NCBI RefSeq assembly: GCF_050320075.1
Contig: NZ_CP190018.1
Origin: Escherichia coli
Lineage (GTDB): Bacteria; Pseudomonadota; Gammaproteobacteria; Enterobacterales; Enterobacteriaceae
DNA length: 64,000 nucleotides
Strand: one strand, 5' to 3'
Shown: in pieces, positions 53,102-63,900 of the stretch
How positions within the stretch are numbered: the first letter of the stretch is position 1
Layout: each line of letters opens with the position of its first letter
Translations under genes and position numbers: made by a program
Notes under the pieces: generated by a model
Told to the model about the DNA's origin: nothing
The model's database searches: none
Seen by the model: the letters and a program-made list of their open reading frames with translations, nothing else

Positions 53102-54478
53102 TCAGAACAACAGGTAGTTAGCCAGCAACATGGTAAGCATGCCGCCGAGCGCCGGAATTAAGGTCCTGCGCACTATCATGAACGGTGAACATTCACCGGC
53201 TTTGCTGACCGCAATGATGATCCCTGCGACGGGAGAAATGGAACGTCCCATTCCAGCCATCAGTTGCATCGGCAGAATCATATGTACAGCGCTTTCGCCA
53301 AATTTAGTGGCGATAGCAGGCGCCATGCCGGAGAAAGAGAAAAATGCCGCAACCCCGGAGCCCGTCAGTACAGCGGTTATACCTACCAGCAGCGTCATCA
53401 CCACGGTCATGCTGGCAAAGCCAAAGCCCGCGTTCTGCACCATCTCCAACAGGTAATCCACCGCGCCGATTTTTTGCATTCCCTGCGCGTAGATATCCGC
53501 ACACACTAACAATGAAACCACGCTGGTAAACATCCCGCCCATTCCTTTAAAAAATACCTGTACACCTTTACAGCAGGCACGGAAGTCGCGTTTAACGAAC
53601 AGTTCGCAGACGAACGCCAGTATTGTGCCGACAATCATGGCGGTAACTACGTCGATTTTAATGGTGGAGATGACCAACGGGCTAAAGACCAGCACCAGAA
53701 TCACAGGGAATACAGGCAGGAAAGCATACAGCCCCGGCACTTTTTCGCTATCCTCACTCTGAGGCGTCGTGTCGTCCGCCACCTGGCTGGTCATCACGTG
53801 ACCATCTTTCTTGTCATAATATTTGGCGGTAAAGAAAATCAGCACCGACACTACCAACATAACGGCAACAGCCACCGGCATCTGATAGTGCGCAAAGTAA
53901 ACGGCGGCTTCCATACCGGCATGTTTAGCCGCCAGGTTGGCCGTGCCGACCGCCGGGCCTAAGTCCATAAAGGCGCACAGACCGATCATCGCCGCCGCCG
54001 CTGCTTTACTGACACCCAGTCGTACCAACACCGGGAAGAACGTCACTAATAACATCATCGCCAGCCCGGCGGCGCTGGAAATCGCGACGTGCAGCAACTG
54101 TGCGCAAATATACCCCACAGCCAGGATCACGTAGGGCGCCTTGATGATTTGCAGGGGACGAATGCAGACGTTCACCATTGCATTGGAGGCTTTGATATGA
54201 TCCATATAACTGGCAAAGCCGCCCGCGGCCATGATGATCAAACCGATACCGGCGATCTGTGTGGAGAGTGAATTTTTGGCAAACGTAAAGATATCCAGCC
54301 AGGTGGAACCGGTTGATTTAGCCTTACCGTAGAGAATGCTATTATCAGGATAGAAGACAGCAGTAATGGTCAGTAAAGACAAACCAGCCAGCAGCAATAC
54401 CGTCTGAGGTTGGAAGTTCTTGATGATTAACCATGCTGCAATGATAGTGATCACGATTGCGATTACAAATGCGGTCAT
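53102..54478 (-). CDS. DcuC-family anaerobic C4-dicarboxylate-type transporter
   Basis: 458 aa polytopic membrane protein; DcuC-like blocks (ISSAAGLAMMLLVTFFPVLVRLGVSKAAAAA). Confidence 0.7.
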   Translation of the reverse strand: MTAFVIAIVITIIAAWLIIKNFQPQTVLLLAGLSLLTITAVFYPDNSILYGKAKSTGSTWLDIFTFAKNSLSTQIAGIGLIIMAAGGFASYMDHIKASNAMVNVCIRPLQIIKAPYVILAVGYICAQLLHVAISSAAGLAMMLLVTFFPVLVRLGVSKAAAAAMIGLCAFMDLGPAVGTANLAAKHAGMEAAVYFAHYQMPVAVAVMLVVSVLIFFTAKYYDKKDGHVMTSQVADDTTPQSEDSEKVPGLYAFLPVFPVILVLVFSPLVISTIKIDVVTAMIVGTILAFVCELFVKRDFRACCKGVQVFFKGMGGMFTSVVSLLVCADIYAQGMQKIGAVDYLLEMVQNAGFGFASMTVVMTLLVGITAVLTGSGVAAFFSFSGMAPAIATKFGESAVHMILPMQLMAGMGRSISPVAGIIIAVSKAGECSPFMIVRRTLIPALGGMLTMLLANYLLF

Positions 54479-54761
54479 GAGATCGTCCTTTTGTTTTCCT
54501 ATATATGACGGCTAGTTATATTTAGATCGCCTAATTCTCTATAAATTCAGAGACTGATGCCGTAATGAAATCATGATCGAATCAGGGTAATGTGAGCTAT
54601 GAGAAATTGCTTTTCCCGCTGGGGTTTGTGCGCATGATCTCATAACAGGAAATATGTCAATCACTTTACGGAAGGCTATAGCATAGCATTATTATGTGAT
54701 AAGGTTATTCTCTATACTGAATATAGTATCTTTTTATCCGTAGTGTGTAAGGACGACAATT

Positions 54762-55649
54762 ATGAAAAAAAATACCCCTTTAACATTAGAGGACTATATT
54801 TCAAAAACCGTGCTGTTATGTTCACTAACCGAGTCAGAACACCGTCTTGACGCGTATATGCGTGAACATTTTAATGAACTCCCTTTTCACGGCATCATCG
54901 ACATTGCCCGCAATGCAATGGTGAGTAAAGCAACGGTTGGGCGTTTTTTAAATAAGCTGGGATTTATCGGCTACGCTGACTTCCGTCGGGCATTGGAAAA
55001 TACGCTGACACTGCAAAAAATGGTGCCGCCGTTTGAGCTGGCATCACGCATTCAGGTAAAAGAAAAGATTACCACGGAACAAATTGTTTCCGAATTTAAT
55101 AAGAATGTTACGACCTTGTTCGAGAATTTTAAAGATAATATCAATATTGACAGTCTGGATAAATTTATCGACATTATTTTGAATACCAACCGACATATAT
55201 ACGTAATCGGTCCCGCGTCTTCCTATGCGATGGCGAAACATTTTACTACGCTGATTAAATATTTCCGCGATCGGGTTACATTGCTTTCTATGGACGTTGG
55301 GGAGTTGCCGAAGTCATTGCTGACCGTTACGGATCAGGACGTGCTGATCGTTTTCTCCTACTACCGTTTTAACCGGGTAGTGATTCGCGTTACCGAATGG
55401 TGTTGTAAAAAAGGCGCGACGGTAGTGCTGATTACTAACTCGGAGTCCAACCCGTACGGCAAATTTTGTAATCTGCAGTTTGTGTTGCCGAGCGATACGC
55501 AATCCGTATTCAAAAGCCGCATCGTAGGTTTCTTTTTTATTGAGCTGGTGTTGCATCTGGCCTATGAAAAAGGCGAAGGCGAGGGCAATTTCGAGCAACT
55601 GGAGGAACTGTTTGTCTTTTTTGAAACCTTTTCACCTCTTCCTGGATAA
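54762..55649 (+). CDS. RpiR/MurR-family transcriptional regulator (HTH plus SIS domain)
   Basis: 295 aa; N-terminal HTH (IARNAMVSKATVGRFLNKLGF) and SIS-like C-terminal domain. Confidence 0.8.
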   Translation: MKKNTPLTLEDYISKTVLLCSLTESEHRLDAYMREHFNELPFHGIIDIARNAMVSKATVGRFLNKLGFIGYADFRRALENTLTLQKMVPPFELASRIQVKEKITTEQIVSEFNKNVTTLFENFKDNINIDSLDKFIDIILNTNRHIYVIGPASSYAMAKHFTTLIKYFRDRVTLLSMDVGELPKSLLTVTDQDVLIVFSYYRFNRVVIRVTEWCCKKGATVVLITNSESNPYGKFCNLQFVLPSDTQSVFKSRIVGFFFIELVLHLAYEKGEGEGNFEQLEELFVFFETFSPLPG

Positions 55650-55702
55650 TGACCGCTTCCTGTCGGCACACCTGCTTTCGGCAGGAAGCGAATGGCTCTG
55701 GA

Positions 55703-57073
55703 CTACGCCGTCCGGACATGAATGTAATCGTCGAAGGCTATGACGGTTTCTTCGATCAGCGCGTCATTGCAGCCCAGATAAGACAATGGATCGCAAGCAG
55801 CAACAATCTCCGACTCAGTTAGCGCGTCAATAACGGTCTGATTTTCCAGCATGCACTGCAACAGGTCTTTAGAGCCGTCTGCGTCTTTTAATAACGCTTT
55901 CATCAGATCGTAAGCGGCACCACGCCCGATTTTCTCAGCCAATACCATGGTGACGGATTCCGACATAATGAAGTTCTTTGAAGCGGCGAAGTTGCTGCGC
56001 ATCTTCTCTTTGTCCACCACCAGATGCGTAATTAACCGGACAGCACGTTCAAGGCTGGCCGACAAGGCCAGCGCCGACTCCGGTACCAGCGTCCAGTTGA
56101 GTACGCGGGCGGAGGCAGCACGCACGTCACACTGATCGAGAAGGCTGGTTGCACCAGAGGCATAGTTCCAGCCCATGCGGGAAAGCGTCTGGATCATATT
56201 GCTCGCGCGGGGATTCGTCTTGTGTGGCATCGTACTGGATCCTCCACCGCCTTCGCCTTCACGCAACTCGCCCACGGACGTGCGGCCCTGCGTTTCAACG
56301 TCGTTGGCCATGCGACACAGCGTGCCATGCACCAGGGCAAAAAACTGCACCACTTCGACTACATGATCCTGACTGGCATTGCTCATACCGACAGGGCATG
56401 ACAACCCTAACGCGCCCATTAATTGCTTACGTATCGCCATTCCCTGGCTGCCGACGGAGGCCAGGTTGCCGACCGCGCCACCAAACAGGCCGGTAGTCGC
56501 TGCCGGGTAGAGGCGATCCAGGCGCTGAAGGTGGCGGGTTAGCTCGGACAGATAGCTGCTGACGTGTAGCCCCCACGTCGTGGCGGAAGCATCGACGGAA
56601 TTCGTTCTGGCGACCATCACCGTATGTCGGTGCTCAAGCGCCATAGCTTTCAACGTTTCGCCCAACTGCACCAACTGTCTGCGCAGTAATTGCAGGGTTT
56701 GCTTCATGCGCATGGCCAGGGCGGTATCCAGCAGATCCTGAGTCGTGCAGCCCCAGTGAAGGTATTTTTTGACCAAAGGGGAACCCGCATCGGCAATTTG
56801 ATCAACCAGAGGCTTAATCGCCATACCGACGGAACGCGTTTCCCTGGCGAGGCGCGGCCAGTCTATTTTCAGCGTCTGGCAGGCGGCGGAAATTTCCGCG
56901 GCGGCTTCAGGGGGAATAATACCTAACTCAGTCTGCACATGCGCGATGGTTGCTTCAAAGGTCAGCCAACAGCGAAGAAGATTATCATCGGACCAGATTG
57001 ATTTCATCTCCGGCTGCGTGAAGAGAGAGGAATACAATTCTGAATCAAATACCGAACTTTGACTGCCTGGCAT
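55703..57073 (-). CDS. Fumarate-lyase superfamily enzyme (adenylosuccinate lyase / 3-carboxymuconate cycloisomerase-like)
   Basis: Signature GSSTMPHKTNP; start taken at ATG 57073 (MPGSQSS...) with AGGAG upstream. Confidence 0.75.
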   Translation of the reverse strand: MPGSQSSVFDSELYSSLFTQPEMKSIWSDDNLLRCWLTFEATIAHVQTELGIIPPEAAAEISAACQTLKIDWPRLARETRSVGMAIKPLVDQIADAGSPLVKKYLHWGCTTQDLLDTALAMRMKQTLQLLRRQLVQLGETLKAMALEHRHTVMVARTNSVDASATTWGLHVSSYLSELTRHLQRLDRLYPAATTGLFGGAVGNLASVGSQGMAIRKQLMGALGLSCPVGMSNASQDHVVEVVQFFALVHGTLCRMANDVETQGRTSVGELREGEGGGGSSTMPHKTNPRASNMIQTLSRMGWNYASGATSLLDQCDVRAASARVLNWTLVPESALALSASLERAVRLITHLVVDKEKMRSNFAASKNFIMSESVTMVLAEKIGRGAAYDLMKALLKDADGSKDLLQCMLENQTVIDALTESEIVAACDPLSYLGCNDALIEETVIAFDDYIHVRTA

Positions 57074-57491
57074 TATAAACTCCTGTGACGTACGTCGCTG
57101 ATAACAGCATATCATTCAAATCAAATTTAACTGCGTAACGAGTATTCTGGAGCAATTCTCACTGCGTAAACAGGGGAATATGCATTTCCCATATGTTCCG
57201 GGGATCACAATATGAAAAACGTGATGAGATTAACATAAATTCGCCATTTATATCTCAGTTCGGAGAGAATCAATTAAATCGCTATTATTTATTTTCAATG
57301 AAATCTTCACAAATAACAACGCCAGCCATTAAGCCCTATTTTATGTGCGTAAAATCACATTTTATTATGAGAAAACGCAATTCCCGTATTCGCTCTGCAT
57401 TAATGTAACTAAAAATTAATGGCGCCTGATAACAACTATTTAATCCTGCATCAAGGGCGAACATATTTATTTTTTAAAGGGGAAGAACAGC

Positions 57492-58541
57492 ATGAGCATT
57501 AAAGCCAAAACATTATTATTCATTGCCTTATCTGGGGCTAGCACGTCAGCGCTGGCGATTAGCGTTTATGAGGATAAAGCCACCACGCTGGATATTTACG
57601 GGCGTATTGAGTGGCAGTTAGCGAATGGAGAAGCATCATTCGCAAATGATGACTCCCGTAGCCAAATAGGGGGGCGCTTAGGGATTTATTTAACCCGCGA
57701 CCTCCCTTTACTGGAAGATACTAAACTTGTCGGTCGCCTGGAGTGGCAGGTTCGTACTGAAAAAGATGATAATAAAACCAAAGATAAAGATCTCGACGCC
57801 CGTTACGCCTATCTGGGGCTTTCTCATGCTAAATATGGCGAGCTGATTGCCGGTCGTACTAAAAACCCGTTATATCAGGTCATGCGCATGACGGACAAAT
57901 ATAAAAACTTTACGCCAAACGTATATAACTACGGTATTACCACTATTGACGATTCTTACCAATTTAACCGTCAGGATGGCACCCTGCAATGGAACGGTGA
58001 TTTTAGCGGGCATCAGGTGCAACTGGCTTACGTTTTTGGAAATGGCAATAGCGACAACGATGCACTTGATAACGGCATGATGGCCAGTTATCGCAAGATG
58101 ATTAAATTCGGCGACGTAAAAATCACACCGGCGATTGCCGTCAGTCAATATAACCGTCAGGACGGCGTAAAAACCACCGACGGCCGCAAGAAGCACAGCC
58201 AGGTAATGGGCGGGCTGCAGTTCGATTATAGCGATTTGTCATTAGCCGTAACGGCGGGTAAGGTCTCCATAGAAAGAGACAATAAATCTGACAATGACTA
58301 TACGAGTTTCGATTCCGTTGCCTCCTATCAATTCACCAAAGAATTCAAAGTGCTTGGCGGGTACAGCATCCTGGATGAAGCCGACGAGGATGTGTACGAA
58401 CACGAGGGCTGGCGAATTGAATCGCAGCTAACCTTAGCTAAGAATGTGTATTTATCAGCAACTTACCTTAATACGCTGGCCAGTAAAAACGAGAAGGTCA
58501 ACGATGACGCCATTATCGTCGGGTTGCGCTACGACTTCTGA
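57492..58541 (+). CDS. Outer-membrane beta-barrel porin
   Basis: Signal peptide (MSIKAKTLLFIALSGASTSALA); alternating amphipathic strands; C-terminal ...LRYDF. Confidence 0.65.
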   Translation: MSIKAKTLLFIALSGASTSALAISVYEDKATTLDIYGRIEWQLANGEASFANDDSRSQIGGRLGIYLTRDLPLLEDTKLVGRLEWQVRTEKDDNKTKDKDLDARYAYLGLSHAKYGELIAGRTKNPLYQVMRMTDKYKNFTPNVYNYGITTIDDSYQFNRQDGTLQWNGDFSGHQVQLAYVFGNGNSDNDALDNGMMASYRKMIKFGDVKITPAIAVSQYNRQDGVKTTDGRKKHSQVMGGLQFDYSDLSLAVTAGKVSIERDNKSDNDYTSFDSVASYQFTKEFKVLGGYSILDEADEDVYEHEGWRIESQLTLAKNVYLSATYLNTLASKNEKVNDDAIIVGLRYDF

Positions 58542-58551
58542 GGAAAGAATA

Positions 58552-59316
58552 ATGAAAAAAATCATGTTGTTGCTGGCAGGACTGGCGCTGATGGTCGACG
58601 CGCAGGCCGATACGATTATTGCAGCCAAACCGCAGGATAAACTGAGCGGAGTCAATAAATCCATTGCGCTCTACGGAAATTCATATACACATTATAACAA
58701 TAATATAAATACCCGACTGCGCGATCTCAGCCGTTCGCTGTTACCGAATGGCGCTAAAGACTATATGTTCCGGGGAATCACCATTTCTTCTGGACGTTTA
58801 GGCTGGCACCTTCCGAATCTTGAATTCCAGAATACGCTGCAAAAATGGGACGTGGTGATATTTCAGGGGAATTCAACAGAGCCTTTTTCCGCTAAAAAAG
58901 ATTCGCGTCACTATTTCACGGAGTCCGCCGTCAAGATGGCAGATATGGCTCACAAAGAGGGCTCGCGTGTGGTTTATTTTATGACCTGGGCCAGCAAGGA
59001 TAAACCCGAGCAAACTGAAAAACTGGAGAAAGCCTATCTGAATATAGCCAGTAAAACCGGGGGATACGTCGCGCCGGTCGGGCTGGCCTTCAGTAACGCA
59101 ATTAAGACGCATCCTGAAATCAATCTGTATCATAGCGATGGAAATCACCCCTCGCTGGCGGGAACCTATCTGGCTGCCAGCGTGCTGTTCGCCACGCTGT
59201 ATGACCAGTCACCGATAGGCGGCGCACTGCCTGCCGACAGCGATATGACCGAGCAAACCGCCAAAGCGCTGCAGCAGGTGGCATGGGATACCGTCCAGGA
59301 ATTCCGTGCTAACTAA
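58552..59316 (+). CDS. Exported SGNH/GDSL-like hydrolase (putative esterase)
   Basis: ATG at 58552 after GAGGA; signal peptide; DGNHPS motif resembling SGNH catalytic block V. Confidence 0.45.
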   Translation: MKKIMLLLAGLALMVDAQADTIIAAKPQDKLSGVNKSIALYGNSYTHYNNNINTRLRDLSRSLLPNGAKDYMFRGITISSGRLGWHLPNLEFQNTLQKWDVVIFQGNSTEPFSAKKDSRHYFTESAVKMADMAHKEGSRVVYFMTWASKDKPEQTEKLEKAYLNIASKTGGYVAPVGLAFSNAIKTHPEINLYHSDGNHPSLAGTYLAASVLFATLYDQSPIGGALPADSDMTEQTAKALQQVAWDTVQEFRAN

Positions 59317-59640
59317 CGGCGGCTGTAACGGCCTCTCCCGTGTTTTCGATATTATGCGAGAGAGGCTGCCAACTCATGAAAGAGGATATCTCCCGGTATA
59401 TTCTGCTCTTCGCTGTGAGTTCAAAGCAGACCTTGCTGCGCTTCAGGCGGTCCGCTTCGTGCCCAGGCTGTGTAAAAACTCGGTTTTTTCAGTATCTGAG
59501 GACTAACACCAGCAGGGATGCAAGATATTCCTGATATGGGCTGTATTCGCAGTGATTTGTATGTTGAGGCAAAACGAGACTTTGTGGCTTGATATGGAGT
59601 ACTAATGGCCAGTTATTAGGAGTTAAAGCGGCCACTGCCG

Positions 59641-60087
59641 CTAGCTGCATCGTTCTCGCAGCTTAATGGCCAATCCTTCGGCCCCCCAGATGGACATCAT
59701 CCTCTTCAGGTTATAAGCCAGTACATGCAGACTGATTTCTGTGCTGACGTTTTTAAACCGTTGCGTCAGGAAGTGAGTCGCTCCCATCCACATCTTAATT
59801 GTCCCGAACGGATGCTCTACCGTTTGCTTTCGCACGACAGCTGTTTGTGGCGATGCATTAAGCCTGGCTTGCATGTCTTCCATTTCTGCTTCATGAACCC
59901 AGCGCTTTATACGCCTCGGATCGCGTTTTGATGTGGTGCACCTTGACCGCTGACTGCAATCGCGACAGGCAATATTGTTAAAGTACATTTGCTGTTCTAA
60001 ACCATCCTCAACCATCGTAAATCGGTTCTGAAGTTCTTCACCCATCGGGCAAATATAAATATCTTTTTCCTGGTCATATTTGAACAA
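59641..60087 (-). pseudogene. DDE transposase C-terminal fragment (IS5/IS1182-like), truncated
   Basis: 148-aa ORF with transposase-like C-terminus (HPFGTIKMWMGATHFL); no N-terminal part. Confidence 0.5.
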
Positions 60088-60222
60088 TGAACGATTGAAA
60101 AGACCTTTACGGTCAGCGCCAGAGGTATCGCCTTTTGGTACTAAGGCTACGGCACCTAAGTCCTGCGGGTGATGCTGCCAACTTACTGATTTAGTGTATG
60201 ATGGTGTTTTTGAGGTGCTCCA

Positions 60223-60498
60223 GTGGCTTCTGTTTCTATCAGCTGTCCCTCCTGTTCAGCTACTGACGGAGTGGTGCGTAACGGCAAAAGCACCGCCGGA
60301 CATCAGCGCTATCTCTGCTCTCACTGCCGTAAAACATGGCAACTGCAGTTCACTTACACCGCTTCTCAACCCGGTACGCACCAGAAAATCATTGATATGG
60401 CCATGAATGGCGTTGGATGCCGGGCAACAGCCCGCATTATGGGCGTTGGCCTCAACACGATTTTACGTCACTTAAAAAACTCAGGCCGCAGTCGGTAA
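60223..60498 (+). CDS. insA: IS1 InsA
   Basis: Identical protein to the copy-1 InsA. Confidence 0.95.
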
Positions 60499-60920
60499 CC
60501 TCGCGCATACAGCCGGGCAGTGACGTCATCGTCTGCGCGGAAATGGACGAACAGTGGGGCTATGTCGGGGCTAAATCGCGCCAGCGCTGGCTGTTTTACG
60601 CGTATGACAGGCTCCGGAAGACGGTTGTTGCGCACGTATTCGGTGAACGCACTATGGCGACGCTGGGGCGTCTTATGAGCCTGCTGTCACCCTTTGACGT
60701 GGTGATATGGATGACGGATGGCTGGCCGCTGTATGAATCCCGCCTGAAGGGAAAGCTGCACGTAATCAGCAAGCGATATACGCAGCGAATTGAGCGGCAT
60801 AACCTGAATCTGAGGCAGCACCTGGCACGGCTGGGACGGAAGTCGCTGTCGTTCTCAAAATCGGTGGAGCTGCATGACAAAGTCATCGGGCATTATCTGA
60901 ACATAAAACACTATCAATAA
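60417..60920 (+). CDS. insB: IS1 InsB
   Basis: Differs from the copy-1 InsB at one residue (R vs S). Confidence 0.95.
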
Positions 60921-60941
60921 GTTGGAGTCATTACCGACACA

Positions 60942-63900
60942 TCAGAAACGATATTCCACACTCAACATGGCAGATGTATTATGGTATCCATGTTCTCCAA
61001 GTTGAATGCCTGCATCAGCCCGGAATGCTACTTCTGGTGTTATCATTCCCACAACACCACCATTTATTTCTCCGATATCACGCGCACCATCCTGGTATAT
61101 ACTTACACCATTCATACTGGTGCCGAAAACACGACTATTGTGCAACCAGTGTGCCTCCACAAATGGTCTGAACGGAACCGCATACCGCGTATTTTTACCG
61201 TTTTTGCTGGTAAGCCATGTTCTTGCTCCCAGGCGGGTGAGAATATTTCCGTTACCGGTATTTTCAATACTGGTTCCGTTACTTTCATGATATTTGTCTG
61301 ATTTTACATTCATCCGGACAACCTGAAGCTGCGGCTGAACATACCATTCATGACTTCCCTTGTAATTGTCGGTAAACTCTCCAGCCTTCCATGAATATCC
61401 TGCTTCCAGAGATACCGTAAACCCTTTTGACTTCCATGACTCAGCAGGCAGCCGTTCTCCATTTATATGATTATCAAACCAGCTGTATTGCAGCCAGCTA
61501 TCAAGATAAGAACCATTGTGTGTTTCATCATTGGCATACCATGTTGCATAAAGACCCGCTGTGTATCCATTCATTCTTCCTTCCGAATGGTATCCGGTGC
61601 TCAGGGCATTCGTACTGTTATTATTATGACCATAGCCAGCCATCATACCTGTATGCCAGCGATCGGTACCATTCAGGCTCCACTGAGCTATATCTCCCCC
61701 TATTAACACAACGTAGCTATTCCCCCGGGTTCTCAGCTGACTACTGTTGTCACGCCAGCGATTATGTTTTCCTTTATTATACATCCAGATACCTGCTTCA
61801 TTTTCTTCTCCTGTCATGTGGCTGATATACAACTCCTGTCCCTGTCGTTCATACAGATTCGTTACAAACAGATTATTTGCAGCAGCAATACTGGCAACAT
61901 AGCTACCTGCCTCAGGACGCAAATTATTATCATGGCTTTCCGGTACAGCTTCAGGTTGTGGTACAGGAATGTCTTTTCTGCTAATCAGATACCAGTTAGT
62001 GCTGTTAATCCCCTGACCACGTTTCAGTATGTAATCATAAGCTCCGGCTGTAATACGTTCCGTCTGAATGAATTCAGCATTATCAGCATTGCCACTGACG
62101 TGAATCACTTCAATCCCATTAAGTGTCTCTGCACCAGTACCACCGGCCTGAGTAACAGCGACACGGGTACGGCCACTGGCATTACCTTTAATCACCAGAC
62201 GATCTGTTTTCGAATTGTCACCACCTGTTTCTGTCTGGAGGAGAATAAGTCCATTTCTGCCAGTGTAATTCCCTCCGACAGTCAGTATATTACCCGGCAT
62301 ATATGTAGTGAGATCGACTATACCACTATTGCTCAGATTTCCTGCAACGCCCCCAAACCCGGAGAGTTTGCCCTGCTCTTCAACAATGACCTGGTTACTG
62401 CCGAGCATCACCGGTGAATCTGCGTTCCCCAGTATCACTGTCCCCTGAATAATATCTGTCATCCCGGTCCATTTTGCGTTATCGCTAATGTTCAGTGCAC
62501 CTGCTCCCGTCTTGCGAACATTACCATAACCACTGATATTGTTGGTAAGCTGCCATGCTGATGTACTGTTCAGAGTTAATGTGCCATAGTTATCAACAAA
62601 GGCTGTCCCCAGATTATCAGCCGTGGATACAGCCAAATGAGCCCCCTTATTCACGGTAAAAACACCGGAAAAATTACGATTATTACCCGTTATATCAAGC
62701 ATTCCCCCATTTATGTTCAGAGAACCATCCCCTGCAATAGTACCTGCAGATTCTCCTCCATTATTCAGTATCAGACTTCCGCCATGAATGTTCAGCACAG
62801 AGCCTGCAGCCGTCAGTAGTTTGCTTATTGTCTGAGGATACCCATTCATATCCAGTTCTGCGCCACGGGATAAATATAAATACTCAGTCCGACCAAGAGC
62901 ATCAGGTGCAGCAAGAATTAATACGCCAGATTTAACCTCTGTATTTCCTGTATAATTGTTTGTTGCAGAAAGTATAAGAGTACCATTACCTGATTTTGTC
63001 AGACTTTTGCCGTCCCAGCCATCATATAATAAAGGTGAAAGATTATCGGAAAGAGAAACGCCTATGTTCAGAGTGGCATCTTTTTCTATATTAAAGGTTC
63101 CATATCCCATCCCTTTTGTATTATTCCATCTCAGCATGGATATCAGTTTGTTATCGTCGTCATTTAAAGACGTATAAACATAACTTTCAGCACCTTCTGT
63201 CAGTAATACATTGTATTGTACAATGTGACTATTATCAGCGATCGAGATACCTGTGTCTGACGACAATAATGTGTAATAGTCCTGAGTCCAGTTCTTAATT
63301 GATGTGTCTATATTAAGCCATGAATCACTTTTTAATGTAATAGTATTTGCGTGAACATTAGCATTTCCTACAGACAGGTTCATAGATGCGTCTTCATCAA
63401 TACTTATATTTCCGTTAAAAATGGAGTTCTTGCCTGACAGATAAACAGATGAGCCATTCCCAATCATTAGCCCACCATTAATTGCTGTTGCGTTATTGAT
63501 GTTTTTAATAATTAATTCATTTGTACCATTAACAGGTATACTAGCTAGTTTAATATCACCATTAATCACAGAATCTGAATAAATATCTAATGAATTATAC
63601 CCGCCAGAAAAAATTATTGATGTATTATAAGCATCTTTTTGGCTATTATATAATCCTGAAAGATTACCATGATTATTAATATGGATATCTTCTCCATAAA
63701 CAGAGCAACCACCGTCGGGGCCATATCCCCCCTGAACAATACCGTTATTATTCAAAGTGATTTGATTTCCAGAAATAGCATCTCCCCCTTGTTTTATTCC
63801 ATATCCTCCAGATATCATGTTGTCGTTAGTAATGAAAAGATTACTACCATTAATACCATCACCACCGTTTACGCCATTACCGCCCAATATTCCTCCGGAA

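Larger units (their letters stand above)
60168..60935 (+). mobile_element. IS1 (768 bp), copy 2, inverted relative to copy 1
   Basis: IS1 termini GGTGATGCTGCCAACTTACTGAT ... GTTGGAGTCATTACC; intact insA/insB; no target-site duplication. Confidence 0.95.

Noticed and set aside
61006-62417. Plus-strand ORFs (up to 217 aa) within the autotransporter gene
   Set aside because: Antisense to a long repetitive coding sequence; composition (Ile/Ser/Cys/Phe-rich) is typical of antisense artefacts.
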